A DNA stretch of 63,776 nucleotides, the filler included. It is 7 parts of 7 records of this genome, joined end to end, with 100 filler letters (N's around TTAATTAATTAA, not from the genome) between each part and the next. Parts side by side here need not be neighbours in the genome. Positions count along the whole stretch, not along the records: positions 1 to 26,812 come from SRR20825010_3875; positions 26,913 to 37,052 come from SRR20825010_3897; 5 more parts are not named here. The stretch is one strand, 5' to 3'. Shown one piece after another: positions 18,578 through 27,879 of this stretch. The position numbers and the translations under genes were made by a program. Within the stretch, counting starts at the first letter, position 1, and each line of letters begins with the position of its first letter. The notes beneath the pieces were generated by a model, which did not search any database, was not told where the DNA came from, and saw nothing but the letters and a program-made list of their open reading frames with translations.

Positions 18578-21500
18578 TCAGTCCAACACCATGATGGCTT
18601 GACCTGCATTGATCTGCTGGCCTTCCTGGCGGGTGAGGGCTGCAACCTTACCTGTGGCCGGGGCGTAAATCTCGATTTCCATTTTCATGGACTCCAGCAC
18701 TGCTACCACATCCCCTTCGTTCACTTTATCTCCTTCCTGCACGTTCAATTTCCAGATACTGCCGGCTACTGGCGACTCGACCGGAGTGCCTGCTACATCG
18801 TCAACCCCATTGTCGGCGTCCAGGTCCTGTTCAGACTGGAAATTGATCTGGCCGCTTTCCACCCAGCGTTGCAGCTCCTCGTCGAACGCCTTATTACGGG
18901 AGTCGGTGAAGGTGGTGATGTCCTGTTGGTTGTCATCGAGAAATTGCTGGTAGGCGTTCAGGCTGAAGGTGGTGTCTTCTACCTGAATGGGATATTGCCC
19001 CTTGGGGAAATCCCGGCGGATCTGGTTGAGTTCTTCGTGGCTCACTTCGTAGAAGCGGATCTGGTCGAAGAAGCGTAATAACCAGGGCTGATCAAACGCC
19101 TCAGTCGTTCTATAGCGATTCCACATTTGCAGGGTACGGCCGACAAATTGATAGCCGCCAGGGCCTTCCATGCCGTATACGCACAGGTAGGCGCCACCGA
19201 TTCCTACGGAGTTTTCCGCGGTCCAGGTGCGGGCCGGGTTGTACTTGGTGGTGACCAGACGATGGCGGGGATCATAGGGCGTGGCCACTGGCGCGCCCAG
19301 GTACACATCGCCCAGCCCCATCACCACATAGCTGGCGTTGAAGAGAATCTCTTTCACGTCATCCACGCTGCCCAGCCCGTTAATGCGGCGAATGAATTCC
19401 AGGTTGGAGGGGCACCAGGGGGCATCTTTGCGCACAGATTGCATGTATTTTTCGATGGCTTGGTGGCAGGCTTCGTCGTCCCAGCTGAGCGGGATATGCA
19501 CGATACGGGAAGGGACTTCCAGATCGTCCTGCTGTTGCAGGGCATGTTCGGCGTCAGCGAGTTTTTTCAACAATGTGTTACGAGGCAGAACCCGTGGATC
19601 GAAATGAATTTGCAGCGAGCGAATGCCCGGTGTCAGTTCGATAACGCCATCCATTTTCTGCTCTTCCAGCCATAACATCAGGGCATGGGCACGGAAACGA
19701 AGACGCAGGTCCAGAACCAGCGGCCCATATTCCACCAGCAGATAGCGATCCCCCGCCGCGCGGTAGACCACGTCCACCCCAGCCTCGTCCGCCGACAGAG
19801 TGTTGAGGATGGGAGTAGTAATGGTCGTACTTTCCACCTGTTTCACGGGGTCGCTCAAGGTGTCTATACAGGCATCCTGTTCTTCTGCCAGGGCATCGGC
19901 GTCTTCCAGACTGATGGCGTCGAAACGCAAGGTGTCGCCGGCTTTTAGCTGTCCGAGCTTCCAGCGGTCCGCCAGAATGACCGTGGCCGGGCAGACGAAG
20001 CCCCCGAGGGAGGGGCCATCCGGGCCGAGGATAACGGGCATGTCACCGGTGAAATCCACCGTGCCCACCGCGTAGGCATTGTCGTGAATGTTGGAGGGGT
20101 GCATGCCGGCTTCTCCGCCGTCACTGCGCGCCCAGCCAGGCTTGGGGCCGACCAGACGAATGCCGGTGCGGCTGGAGTTGTAATGCACCTGCCAGTCGGT
20201 GTTGAAGAACATGGCCATGTCGTCGTCGGTGAAAAAGTCCGGGGCGCCATGGGGACCGTAAATAACGCGCAAGGTCCAGTGATTGCCGAGTGAAGGCTTC
20301 AAGGTATCCGGCACGGAGGCAGGTGCCGGTGCAGGGGGGGCTTCCTGGAAATGCAGCACATCACCGGTGCGCAGGGCGCGGCCACCATGGCCGCCAAACT
20401 GGCCCAGCGTAAAGGTGCTGCGCGAGCCGAGATACGGAGTGCACTGAATGCCGCCGGCCACGGTCAGATAGGCGCGGGCACCTTCACCGTTCACCTTGCC
20501 CAGCTTGAGGGTCTGCCCGGGTTGTATTGCGATGACGCAATAGGGGGCAACAGGTTGATCATCCAGTGTGGCTTGCATGTCCGCCCCGGTAAGGACGATA
20601 CGGGTGGCCTGATTGAATTTCAGCGTGGGGCCGTTGAGGGTAAATTCCAGGCCGGCGGCGTTTTCTTTATTTCCTAGCAAGCGGTTGCCCAGGCGAAAGC
20701 TGAGGCCGTCAAATGGCCCCGATGGCGGCACGCCCACGGGCCAGTAGCCACTGCGACCAGGGTAGTCTTGTACGGTGGTCATGGTGCCGCCGGACAACAC
20801 GTCCATGGTGAACGGCTGATAGCGAAAATCGTTCAGGTAACGGGTAGTCATTTCACCTTGGGCAAAGACCGGGTCCGCCAGAATGGCGCGGATATAATCC
20901 CGGTTGGTTTCAATGCCTTCGATGCCGGTTTCAGCGAGGGTGCGGTTCAATGCCGCCAGAGCTGCATCGCGACAGTTTTCATGAATGATGACTTTGGCGA
21001 GCATGGGGTCGAACAGGGGAGAAACGGTGAGCCCGGCTTCTACCCAGTGATCAATGCGGCGCGATTGCCCGTCAGCACTGGGGAACTGCACGGCGGTAAG
21101 TAGCCCGGCACTGGGCTGGAAATCCTTGTTTGGGTCTTCCGCGTAAATGCGCGCCTGGATGGCGTGCCCACAAGCGGTCAGGTCAGTGCCGAGCTGATCC
21201 AGTGCAAGCAGTTCCCCGGCGGCGAGCTGTACCATCCACTCCACCAGATCAACGCCGTACACTTGCTCGGTAACACCGTGTTCGACCTGTAGGCGCGTAT
21301 TGACTTCCAGAAAATAAAAGGCGTTGCTGTCCTGGTCGAGGATAAATTCCACGGTACCGGCGTTGCGGTACTGTACGGCTTCCATCAGGACTTTGGCGGT
21401 GGTGTGCAAGTCGGCGCGTACGGTGTCTGGCAGGTTGGGCGCAGGGGTTTCTTCCAGCACTTTCTGGTGGCGCCGCTGGGCGGAGCAATCCCTTTCACCC

Positions 21501-22168
21501 AGGGTGATGGCGTTGCCCCGTCCATCACCGAACACCTGCACTTCAATATGACGGGCACGGGCGATGTATTTTTCGATGAAGACACCATCGTTGGAAAAGT
21601 TATTGGCACTGAGTCGCCGTACCGTATCCCAGGCTTTGTCCAGACTGGCGGCATTGTCACAAACCTGCATGCCAATGCCGCCACCACCAGCGGTACTCTT
21701 CAACATGATCGGATAACCGATGGTGTCGGCGGCGCTTAGCGCTGCGTTTTTATCGGTGAGCAGTGCGGTGCCAGAGAGCAGCGGGACGCCGGTATCTTCT
21801 GCCAGCGCACGGGCGGTATGTTTCAGGCCGAAGGTGTTCATCTGTTCCGGTGTGGGGCCGATAAAGGCGATGCCTCTCGTTTCACAGCCTTTCACAAAGT
21901 CCGGGTTTTCACTGAGAAAGCCGTAGCCGGGATGCACAGCATCCACGTTGTGCTCTTCCATCAAGGCGAACAGGGCGTCCTGATTCAGGTAGGTATCCCG
22001 GGCACTGCCATCGCCCAGGCAATAGCTTTCGTCTGCCTGGGTAACGTGTAGGGAATCCCGGTCGGCTTCGGCGAAAACGGCCACGGCGGTGACGCCCATT
22101 TTTTTCAGGGTACGGATAACACGGGTGGCAATGGCGCCGCGGTTGGCAATCAGTACTTTGTTGAACAT
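18578..22168 (-). CDS. uca: Urea carboxylase family biotin enzyme, probably guanidine carboxylase
   Basis: Biotin carboxylase domain (KVLIANRG, HPGYGFLSEN, EVNTRLQVEH); carboxyltransferase domain (HPSNIHDNAY, TTKYNPARTWT); biotinyl motif ESMKME. Confidence 0.95.
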   Translation of the reverse strand: MFNKVLIANRGAIATRVIRTLKKMGVTAVAVFAEADRDSLHVTQADESYCLGDGSARDTYLNQDALFALMEEHNVDAVHPGYGFLSENPDFVKGCETRGIAFIGPTPEQMNTFGLKHTARALAEDTGVPLLSGTALLTDKNAALSAADTIGYPIMLKSTAGGGGIGMQVCDNAASLDKAWDTVRRLSANNFSNDGVFIEKYIARARHIEVQVFGDGRGNAITLGERDCSAQRRHQKVLEETPAPNLPDTVRADLHTTAKVLMEAVQYRNAGTVEFILDQDSNAFYFLEVNTRLQVEHGVTEQVYGVDLVEWMVQLAAGELLALDQLGTDLTACGHAIQARIYAEDPNKDFQPSAGLLTAVQFPSADGQSRRIDHWVEAGLTVSPLFDPMLAKVIIHENCRDAALAALNRTLAETGIEGIETNRDYIRAILADPVFAQGEMTTRYLNDFRYQPFTMDVLSGGTMTTVQDYPGRSGYWPVGVPPSGPFDGLSFRLGNRLLGNKENAAGLEFTLNGPTLKFNQATRIVLTGADMQATLDDQPVAPYCVIAIQPGQTLKLGKVNGEGARAYLTVAGGIQCTPYLGSRSTFTLGQFGGHGGRALRTGDVLHFQEAPPAPAPASVPDTLKPSLGNHWTLRVIYGPHGAPDFFTDDDMAMFFNTDWQVHYNSSRTGIRLVGPKPGWARSDGGEAGMHPSNIHDNAYAVGTVDFTGDMPVILGPDGPSLGGFVCPATVILADRWKLGQLKAGDTLRFDAISLEDADALAEEQDACIDTLSDPVKQVESTTITTPILNTLSADEAGVDVVYRAAGDRYLLVEYGPLVLDLRLRFRAHALMLWLEEQKMDGVIELTPGIRSLQIHFDPRVLPRNTLLKKLADAEHALQQQDDLEVPSRIVHIPLSWDDEACHQAIEKYMQSVRKDAPWCPSNLEFIRRINGLGSVDDVKEILFNASYVVMGLGDVYLGAPVATPYDPRHRLVTTKYNPARTWTAENSVGIGGAYLCVYGMEGPGGYQFVGRTLQMWNRYRTTEAFDQPWLLRFFDQIRFYEVSHEELNQIRRDFPKGQYPIQVEDTTFSLNAYQQFLDDNQQDITTFTDSRNKAFDEELQRWVESGQINFQSEQDLDADNGVDDVAGTPVESPVAGSIWKLNVQEGDKVNEGDVVAVLESMKMEIEIYAPATGKVAALTRQEGQQINAGQAIMVLD

Positions 22169-22187
22169 GAGAGTGTCTCTCGACGGT

Positions 22188-22236
22188 AGCGGGCCGTCCC
22201 GCTGTGAATCCTTGCGCTATATCCGGGTCGTCCCGG
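22188..22236 (-). promoter_or_regulatory. Guanidine-II (mini-ykkC) riboswitch
   Basis: Minus strand has two hairpins with ACGR loops, CCGGG-ACGA-CCCGG and AGCGGG-ACGG-CCCGCT, joined by a 19-nt linker and ending about 20 nt before the uca ATG. Confidence 0.9.
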
Positions 22237-22245
22237 CAGGCGCGA

Positions 22246-22887
22246 TCAATCGTTCCAGATCAGTACTTCGATCGGTGTCGGGTTGTAGCCGTTGCAGGGG
22301 TTGTTCAATTGCGGGCAGTTGGAAATCAGGATGACTACATCCATGCAGGCGGTCAGCTCCACATATTTTCCTGGGGCGGAAATGCCATCTTCAAAAGTCA
22401 GCCCGCCTTCTGCGGTGACTGGTACGTTCATGAAGAAATTGATGTTGTGGGTGATGTCGCGTTTGCCCAGGGCAAATTCCGGGTGCTGGTTAACGGCGAG
22501 CATCCAGCTGTCGCGGCACGCATGCATGCAGCGTTTTTCCAGGTCATACCGCACGGTGTTGCTTTCCGTGGCGCAAGCGCCGCCCAAGGTGTCGTGACGT
22601 CCACAGGTATCAGCTACGATTTCCAGTAGCGGGTTTACCCGATTGGACATCAATGTGGTGCCTGCCGTGAGATAGACGTTGCCCTGTTCGCGAATTGTAT
22701 CCATGGCGCTGTAGCGCTCCGCCGGGTCTGCGGCGCTATAGAACAGGGTGTCGGCGGCCTGGTTACCTTCCAGATCCAGCAGGCGTACTGTCTGGCCTTG
22801 CTTTACGGTATGGATGAAGTAATCACCTGCCGCCACGACTTCGCGCAAGCTGGCCTGGTTCGGTTCACGTTGGCTTTCTTTGATCAT
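22246..22887 (-). CDS. cgdB: Carboxyguanidine deiminase subunit (DUF1989, urea carboxylase-associated)
   Basis: [26 protein letters not shown] and [17 protein letters not shown] motifs. Confidence 0.85.
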   Translation of the reverse strand: MIKESQREPNQASLREVVAAGDYFIHTVKQGQTVRLLDLEGNQAADTLFYSAADPAERYSAMDTIREQGNVYLTAGTTLMSNRVNPLLEIVADTCGRHDTLGGACATESNTVRYDLEKRCMHACRDSWMLAVNQHPEFALGKRDITHNINFFMNVPVTAEGGLTFEDGISAPGKYVELTACMDVVILISNCPQLNNPCNGYNPTPIEVLIWND

Positions 22888-22930
22888 GTCTGTTCCCTTG
22901 TTGCGTGATGCCTGTTACGTGCAGCGGGGC

Positions 22931-23671
22931 TTACATGCCCAGGTGGTAAAGTCGGTTGTTCTCAAAAGCACGGGCGTTTTCCGGACGAAAATTCTTGCAG
23001 AAATCATCGTCGGACACGGGGGGCGCTTTGAGCATCTCGATGCCTACCGGCTTCATCGGATAAACCTTCGCCGGATTCAGTGGGTGTGGGGAGCTGCTCA
23101 AGATAACCAGGGTGTCCATTTCAAAGCGCAGGGTGAGGCTGGCCCCGGCTTTGGCCGCAGAGGCGTCGAATATCAGGTTGCCTTCGTCATCGGTGGTGAC
23201 TTTGGAAAACAGGTTAAGGTTGGCGGCCATGTCCCGCTCGGTTAGGCCGTATTTGGCCAGTTCAGTTAGGAAGCTGTGTTCGCCACTGAGTGTCCATTGA
23301 TTGTGGTGATCCTGATAAGAGCGGGCGGTGTACTTTTCTTGTAGCGCTTTTTCGCTGAGCGTTCCGCACACGGAGTCATGCCAGCCGAAGTCGTCCTCCA
23401 CAATGGAGGCGAAAACCCGGCCCATGTCCGAATAAAAGCAGTTACCCCGGGTTAGTTTGAAGGTGTGTTGGCCTTTTAATGTGTCCGGTGCGTTGAAGCG
23501 TTCCAGCAGGTCTTCCGGGTTGTACATCAGCAGGCCGAGGTTGGCGCCGCCGTCCAGGTCGGTGAAGCGCAATTGCATGCCACGGCGTACCCGCAGCGAC
23601 CAGTGAGCGCTGCCGGGCAGGGTGGTGGTGTAGAGTGCTTCCTCGTTAGCAACATTTTTCATTGTGGTCAC
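22931..23671 (-). CDS. cgdA: Carboxyguanidine deiminase subunit (DUF1989, urea carboxylase-associated)
   Basis: ERFNAPDTLKGQHT, YSDMGRV and PHPLNP motifs; paired with a second DUF1989 gene. Confidence 0.85.
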   Translation of the reverse strand: MTTMKNVANEEALYTTTLPGSAHWSLRVRRGMQLRFTDLDGGANLGLLMYNPEDLLERFNAPDTLKGQHTFKLTRGNCFYSDMGRVFASIVEDDFGWHDSVCGTLSEKALQEKYTARSYQDHHNQWTLSGEHSFLTELAKYGLTERDMAANLNLFSKVTTDDEGNLIFDASAAKAGASLTLRFEMDTLVILSSSPHPLNPAKVYPMKPVGIEMLKAPPVSDDDFCKNFRPENARAFENNRLYHLGM

Positions 23672-23672
23672 C

Positions 23673-24461
23673 TTAAAAACGGTCGATGGCGCGGCTGGTG
23701 TTGTCCACGCTTTCGTTAATGGAGGTAAGCGTGCCGGTCTGGCAGTCGCCTACGGGCAAGTCATAGGTCACGCGAGCGCCGTAGGCGCCGGGGGCTTGCG
23801 GATCCAGGCGGGGCTTGTCGAAGACCCACAGACGGGTGCCCAGATAGAAGCCTTCATTGATGTCGTGAGTGATCATGAACACGGTGAGCTTTTGCTCTTT
23901 CCACAGGGACAGCACCAATTTGTGCATGTCGGAGCGAATGCCCGGGTCCAGGGCGCCGAAAGGTTCATCCAGCAGCAGAATGCGAGGTTTTTTAATCAGT
24001 GCCTGGGCGAGTGCAAGGCGTTGTTGCATGCCACCGGACAATTCGTGGGGGTACTTGTCTGCGGCTTGATCCAGCCCAACCGATTCCAGCATTGCCAGTG
24101 CTTCCTTGCGAAGCTTGCGGCGCTGTTTGCCGAAACTGATGCCCAGCCAACGGTTGCTTTGCAGCTCGCCGCCAAGCATGACATTGTCCAATGCGGTCAA
24201 ATGACTGAGCACGGAGTAGCGCTGAAACACTACACCACGGCTGTCATCAGGTTCGGGAGGGAGAGGTTGGCCATCCAATAGCATTTCACCCCGGGTGGCT
24301 TCCTCTGTGCCCAGCAGCATTTTCAGGAAAGTAGTCTTGCCACAACCGGAGGCTCCGACGATGGTGACGAACTCGCCTTCCTGAACGGTGGCATTAAGCC
24401 TTTCCAGTACCACCTGGTCGCCGTATTCCTTCCACAGGTTTTTCATCTCGATAATCGCCAT
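23673..24461 (-). CDS. ABC transporter ATP-binding protein (NitT/TauT type)
   Basis: GASGCGKT, LSGGMQQR and LLLDEPFGALD motifs. Confidence 0.93.
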   Translation of the reverse strand: MAIIEMKNLWKEYGDQVVLERLNATVQEGEFVTIVGASGCGKTTFLKMLLGTEEATRGEMLLDGQPLPPEPDDSRGVVFQRYSVLSHLTALDNVMLGGELQSNRWLGISFGKQRRKLRKEALAMLESVGLDQAADKYPHELSGGMQQRLALAQALIKKPRILLLDEPFGALDPGIRSDMHKLVLSLWKEQKLTVFMITHDINEGFYLGTRLWVFDKPRLDPQAPGAYGARVTYDLPVGDCQTGTLTSINESVDNTSRAIDRF

Positions 24462-25279
24462 CAGGACTTGCCTCCATGGAACCAGGGGTAGCGCCATTGC
24501 GAGTAACGGCTGAGAATGAAATCAATGGCAAAGGCCAGCAGGGTAATCCAAATGACGTAGGGCAGAATCACATCCATGGCCAGGTAACGTCGCACCAGGA
24601 AAATCCGGTAGCCGAGCCCCTCGGTGGCAGCGATGGCTTCTGCCGCGATAAGGAAAAGCCAGGCAGGCCCCAGGGAGAGGCGCACTACGCTAACGAGCCG
24701 TGGCATCAACTGTGGCCATACCAGGCGGGTAATGATTTGCCAGGTGTTAGCACCCAGTGTCTGCATTTTGATGATTTGTTCGGCGGGAATTTCCAGCGCC
24801 CTTTGCTGAAGATCCCGAATCATGAAAGGGGTGATGCCAATGATGATCAGCATGACCTTTGCCAGCTCTCCCAGCCCGAAAACGATGAACAAAACGGGCA
24901 AGATGGCCATGGGCGGTACGAGAGAAAGGCCGGTCACAAGGGGAGAGAATGTGGCACGAATCAAGGGAATGGTGCCGTTCCCGATCCCTACCATAACGGC
25001 GACCAGAGCACTGATTCCAACACCGATGGCGAGACGCTGAAGGCTGGCCAATGTGTCGTTAAGCATCAGGTATTCACCGGTGCGTTTACTGGGCTCAAAC
25101 GCCATACGATCAATGGCCTGCACAAGTGTATCCAGAGCAGGTAGCAGTTTATCGTTGGGGTTCTCTGCCAGGCGCGCATCGGATGCCAGCATGTAAGCGA
25201 TGAGAAGCAGCACAAAAGGCAGCATCCCCAAGGCCCAGCTGGCAGCGCTGGCTGGTCGGCGGTTGATAAATTTCTTCAT
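24461..25279 (-). CDS. ABC transporter permease (NitT/TauT type)
   Basis: Multiple TM helices; AWLFLIAAE..A..GLGYRIF. Confidence 0.9.
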   Translation of the reverse strand: MKKFINRRPASAASWALGMLPFVLLLIAYMLASDARLAENPNDKLLPALDTLVQAIDRMAFEPSKRTGEYLMLNDTLASLQRLAIGVGISALVAVMVGIGNGTIPLIRATFSPLVTGLSLVPPMAILPVLFIVFGLGELAKVMLIIIGITPFMIRDLQQRALEIPAEQIIKMQTLGANTWQIITRLVWPQLMPRLVSVVRLSLGPAWLFLIAAEAIAATEGLGYRIFLVRRYLAMDVILPYVIWITLLAFAIDFILSRYSQWRYPWFHGGKS

Positions 25280-25363
25280 GGCGTTTCCTTGGTGCGAAGA
25301 CAGATGACTCGCCCACGGCAGAGGCCGACACCTTGCGTGTCAGCGTGCCGTGCCGATGCGCCT

Positions 25364-26428
25364 TTACAGCTTCCCTTCGGCGGCCATGGCCATATAGTCC
25401 GGAATGAATCGCAGTTTGATGTTGTCTTCGTTGCCATAAACACCCGATGGCGTTTCGATGCCGATAAAGCCGGCATCCGGGGCTCCTTCACCCAGCAGTC
25501 CATACTGGAAAGAGAATTCCGCCACCTTCTGCATGGTTTCTTTCACTGTTGGGCTATTAACGAATGCCACGGCGTCATCCGGTTTATAGAACATGTGGGT
25601 TGAAGCGAGCTGGGCGTCGAAGCCTGCCAGGTCGGTGCCAGACGCTTCGGCCAGATATTCGCGCGCCTCAATACCGGTTTCGTCTTCGGCGGAGAGGTGC
25701 TCCATGATTTCATACCAGGCCCCGGTCAATGCCTTGCCGAAAGCAGGGTTGGCCTCCAGTGTTTCGGTATTCACGATCATCAGGTCGACGACCTCGCCGG
25801 GGATCTGTGAAGAATCAAAAACCTTATGGCTATCGGGCATAGCACTGATTTCACTGAGCAACGGGTTCCAGGTCGCGACAGCGGTCACATCGCTGGATGC
25901 GTAAGCCGATACCAGATCCGCATCTGAGGTATTGACCACGGTCAGATCTCTCTCGCTAAGACCGACTGTCTCCAGCGCCCGTGCAAGCAAGTAGTGGGAA
26001 ACCGATAGCTCAACGAGGTTGACGTTTTGGCCTTTCAGGTCGGCCAGATTGTTCGAGCCTTTGAGCACGATGCCGTCATTGCCGTTGGAAAAATCACCAA
26101 CGATCAAGGCGGTGGAGTCCACGCCGCCTGCTGCGGGAATGGTCAGGGCATCCATGTTGGTCATGGTGCAACCATCGTACTGACCGGCGGTGTACTGGTT
26201 GATGGATTCCACATAGTCATTGATCTGGACCACATCAATACTGATGTCGTATTTGTCGGCCCATTTTTCGACGATGGCTTTCTGTTCGCCGTAATCCCAC
26301 GGAATCCAGCCCACATAAATGGACCAGCAGATGCTGAATTCGTCTTTTTCCTGGGCAACAGCAGGCGAGAAAGCAGTGAGAAGAGAAAGGGCGGCAGCGG
26401 CCGCTGTCTTGCGTATGGAAAGGGTCAT
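25364..26428 (-). CDS. ABC substrate-binding protein, urea carboxylase-associated (likely guanidine-binding)
   Basis: Signal peptide; WSIYVGWIPW, NDYVESINQY and GDFSNGND motifs; AAGGAGG RBS. Confidence 0.9.
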   Translation of the reverse strand: MTLSIRKTAAAAALSLLTAFSPAVAQEKDEFSICWSIYVGWIPWDYGEQKAIVEKWADKYDISIDVVQINDYVESINQYTAGQYDGCTMTNMDALTIPAAGGVDSTALIVGDFSNGNDGIVLKGSNNLADLKGQNVNLVELSVSHYLLARALETVGLSERDLTVVNTSDADLVSAYASSDVTAVATWNPLLSEISAMPDSHKVFDSSQIPGEVVDLMIVNTETLEANPAFGKALTGAWYEIMEHLSAEDETGIEAREYLAEASGTDLAGFDAQLASTHMFYKPDDAVAFVNSPTVKETMQKVAEFSFQYGLLGEGAPDAGFIGIETPSGVYGNEDNIKLRFIPDYMAMAAEGKL

Positions 26429-26485
26429 GGTGGACCTCCTTGGCTACGGACGATGAGGAATCCAATGACAATGCAGTCATCGTGT

Positions 26486-26622
26486 CCTCCCGGGCTTTTG
26501 TCCCGCCGTGTAACCCCCTGCCGGTAGACGTTATTTCGCGTCTATCGGCGCCAAGAAGGTCGACTGCTCTCGGACCAGGCATCGGCTGCTGACGCAGACG
26601 ACCGGAACCCTAGCGGTCTATT
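26486..26622 (-). promoter_or_regulatory. Guanidine-I (ykkC-yxkD) riboswitch
   Basis: Minus strand reads CTAGGGTTCCG...CTGGTCCGAGAG...ACACGGCGGGACAAAAGCCCGGGAG, upstream of the ABC/cgdAB/carboxylase operon. Confidence 0.95.
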
Positions 26623-26673
26623 GGTGCAGATTGTTTGAGTTGGGAGCCTCTGCATAACTCCTGGCGTCAAAGC

Positions 26674-26688
26674 GCAGCAGATGTGCCC
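26674..26688 (-). promoter_or_regulatory. Candidate sigma-54 (-24/-12) promoter
   Basis: GGGCAC-ATCTG-CTGC with exact GG-N10-GC spacing, about 50 nt upstream of the riboswitch. Confidence 0.4.
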
Positions 26689-26812
26689 TTCAGGCCATGC
26701 CCTCCGGGTCTTTCAGGCTGACTCGCACCCGTTGTTGCGCTTTTTCGATGGATCGACACATACACCTTCAAAATCGCGCCTGGATTGCGAGCCAGCCTGA
26801 AAGACTGAGCAT

Positions 26813-26912
26813 NNNNNNNNNNNNNNNNNNNNNNNNNNNNNNNNNNNNNNNNNNNNTTAATTAATTAANNNNNNNNNNNNNNNNNNNNNNNNNNNNNNNN
26901 NNNNNNNNNNNN
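26813..26912. other. Artificial contig linker
   Basis: N-run, TTAATTAATTAA (stops in all six frames), N-run. Confidence 0.98.
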
Positions 26913-27199
26913 CGCTGATCACCGATGGCCGCTTCTCCGGCGGCAGCCACGGCTTCGTGGTGGGTCACATCACGCCGGAAGCATTTGATGGCGGCCCGCT
27001 GGCGCTGGTGGAAAACGGTGATCGAATCACCATTGATGCGCAAGAGAACACCCTGGTTGTGGATCTTTCCGATGCAGAGCTGGCGCGTCGCCGGGCCAGC
27101 TGGCAGCAGCCGGCACCGCGCTATACACGTGGCGTGTTGGCCAAATACGCACGGCTGGTCGGCTCCGCCAGCCAGGGCGCCCTGACGGACCAGGACTGA
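26913..27199 (+). CDS. ilvD: Dihydroxy-acid dehydratase, 3' fragment
   Basis: [23 protein letters not shown]...[17 protein letters not shown]; 5' end cut by the contig edge. Confidence 0.93.
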
Positions 27200-27434
27200 T
27201 TCATCAGAGAGCGTTGAATGTCTCCGTCGGCTTGAGGTTCTCTCAAGCCGACACAGCCCTTTCATTGCTGCTTTGCCGCTTCCCGTTTTCTGTGACGGTT
27301 TGCGCCATTGTTTCGATACCTCTTTCTTTTTTTCCTTTTTCTTTCCCCAATTCGCACACCGCTGTCTGGTTTGTTGTGTGATCCGCATTGCGGGCGGCGC
27401 ATCGAAGTGTGTGGTTTGGTTACACTAAAAAATT

Positions 27435-27446
27435 AAACGTTCGTTT
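27435..27446. promoter_or_regulatory. Palindrome resembling a PsrA/TetR-type operator
   Basis: AAACG-TT-CGTTT in the AT-rich upstream region of the ABC operon. Confidence 0.35.
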
Positions 27447-27854
27447 TAAATTTTCTGCAGAATTTTACTCATAAATAGCGGTGTATTAACCCTGTTCATG
27501 GTGGTGCCAGATTGCGGCCAAAACGGGAGACTAAAATGCTATTTTTGTATATTTCTCGATTGCGATGTTCCTTCCCATTTAGATCATTGGTTTGGTTTTT
27601 CAAATAAAATCAGTTATTTACTGGTTTTCTTTCCCTGTTTTTCAAAAATAAAAAAATAGTCCGAAATTCCCTGCACCAGCCGGTAGACAGCAGGAAAATG
27701 GCTGATACATACTCGTTAGTATGTGGAAAGAGATGGCGGAATACATTGTTCCGCCTCCTGAAAAAAAGAAAAGAGAAAGACCGTTATTGGCAGCAATAAC
27801 ACATAAAAAAAGATAAGCGTGTGCGCATTGCCAAGGTGCCATTGTCGCCTTGGC

Positions 27855-27865
27855 AATAACAACAA
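27855..27865 (+). promoter_or_regulatory. A-rich AANAANAA motif (Hfq/Crc catabolite-activity type) next to the RBS
   Basis: AATAACAACAA just 5' of the AGGGAG RBS. Confidence 0.45.
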
Positions 27866-27879
27866 ACAGGGAGAGCAAC

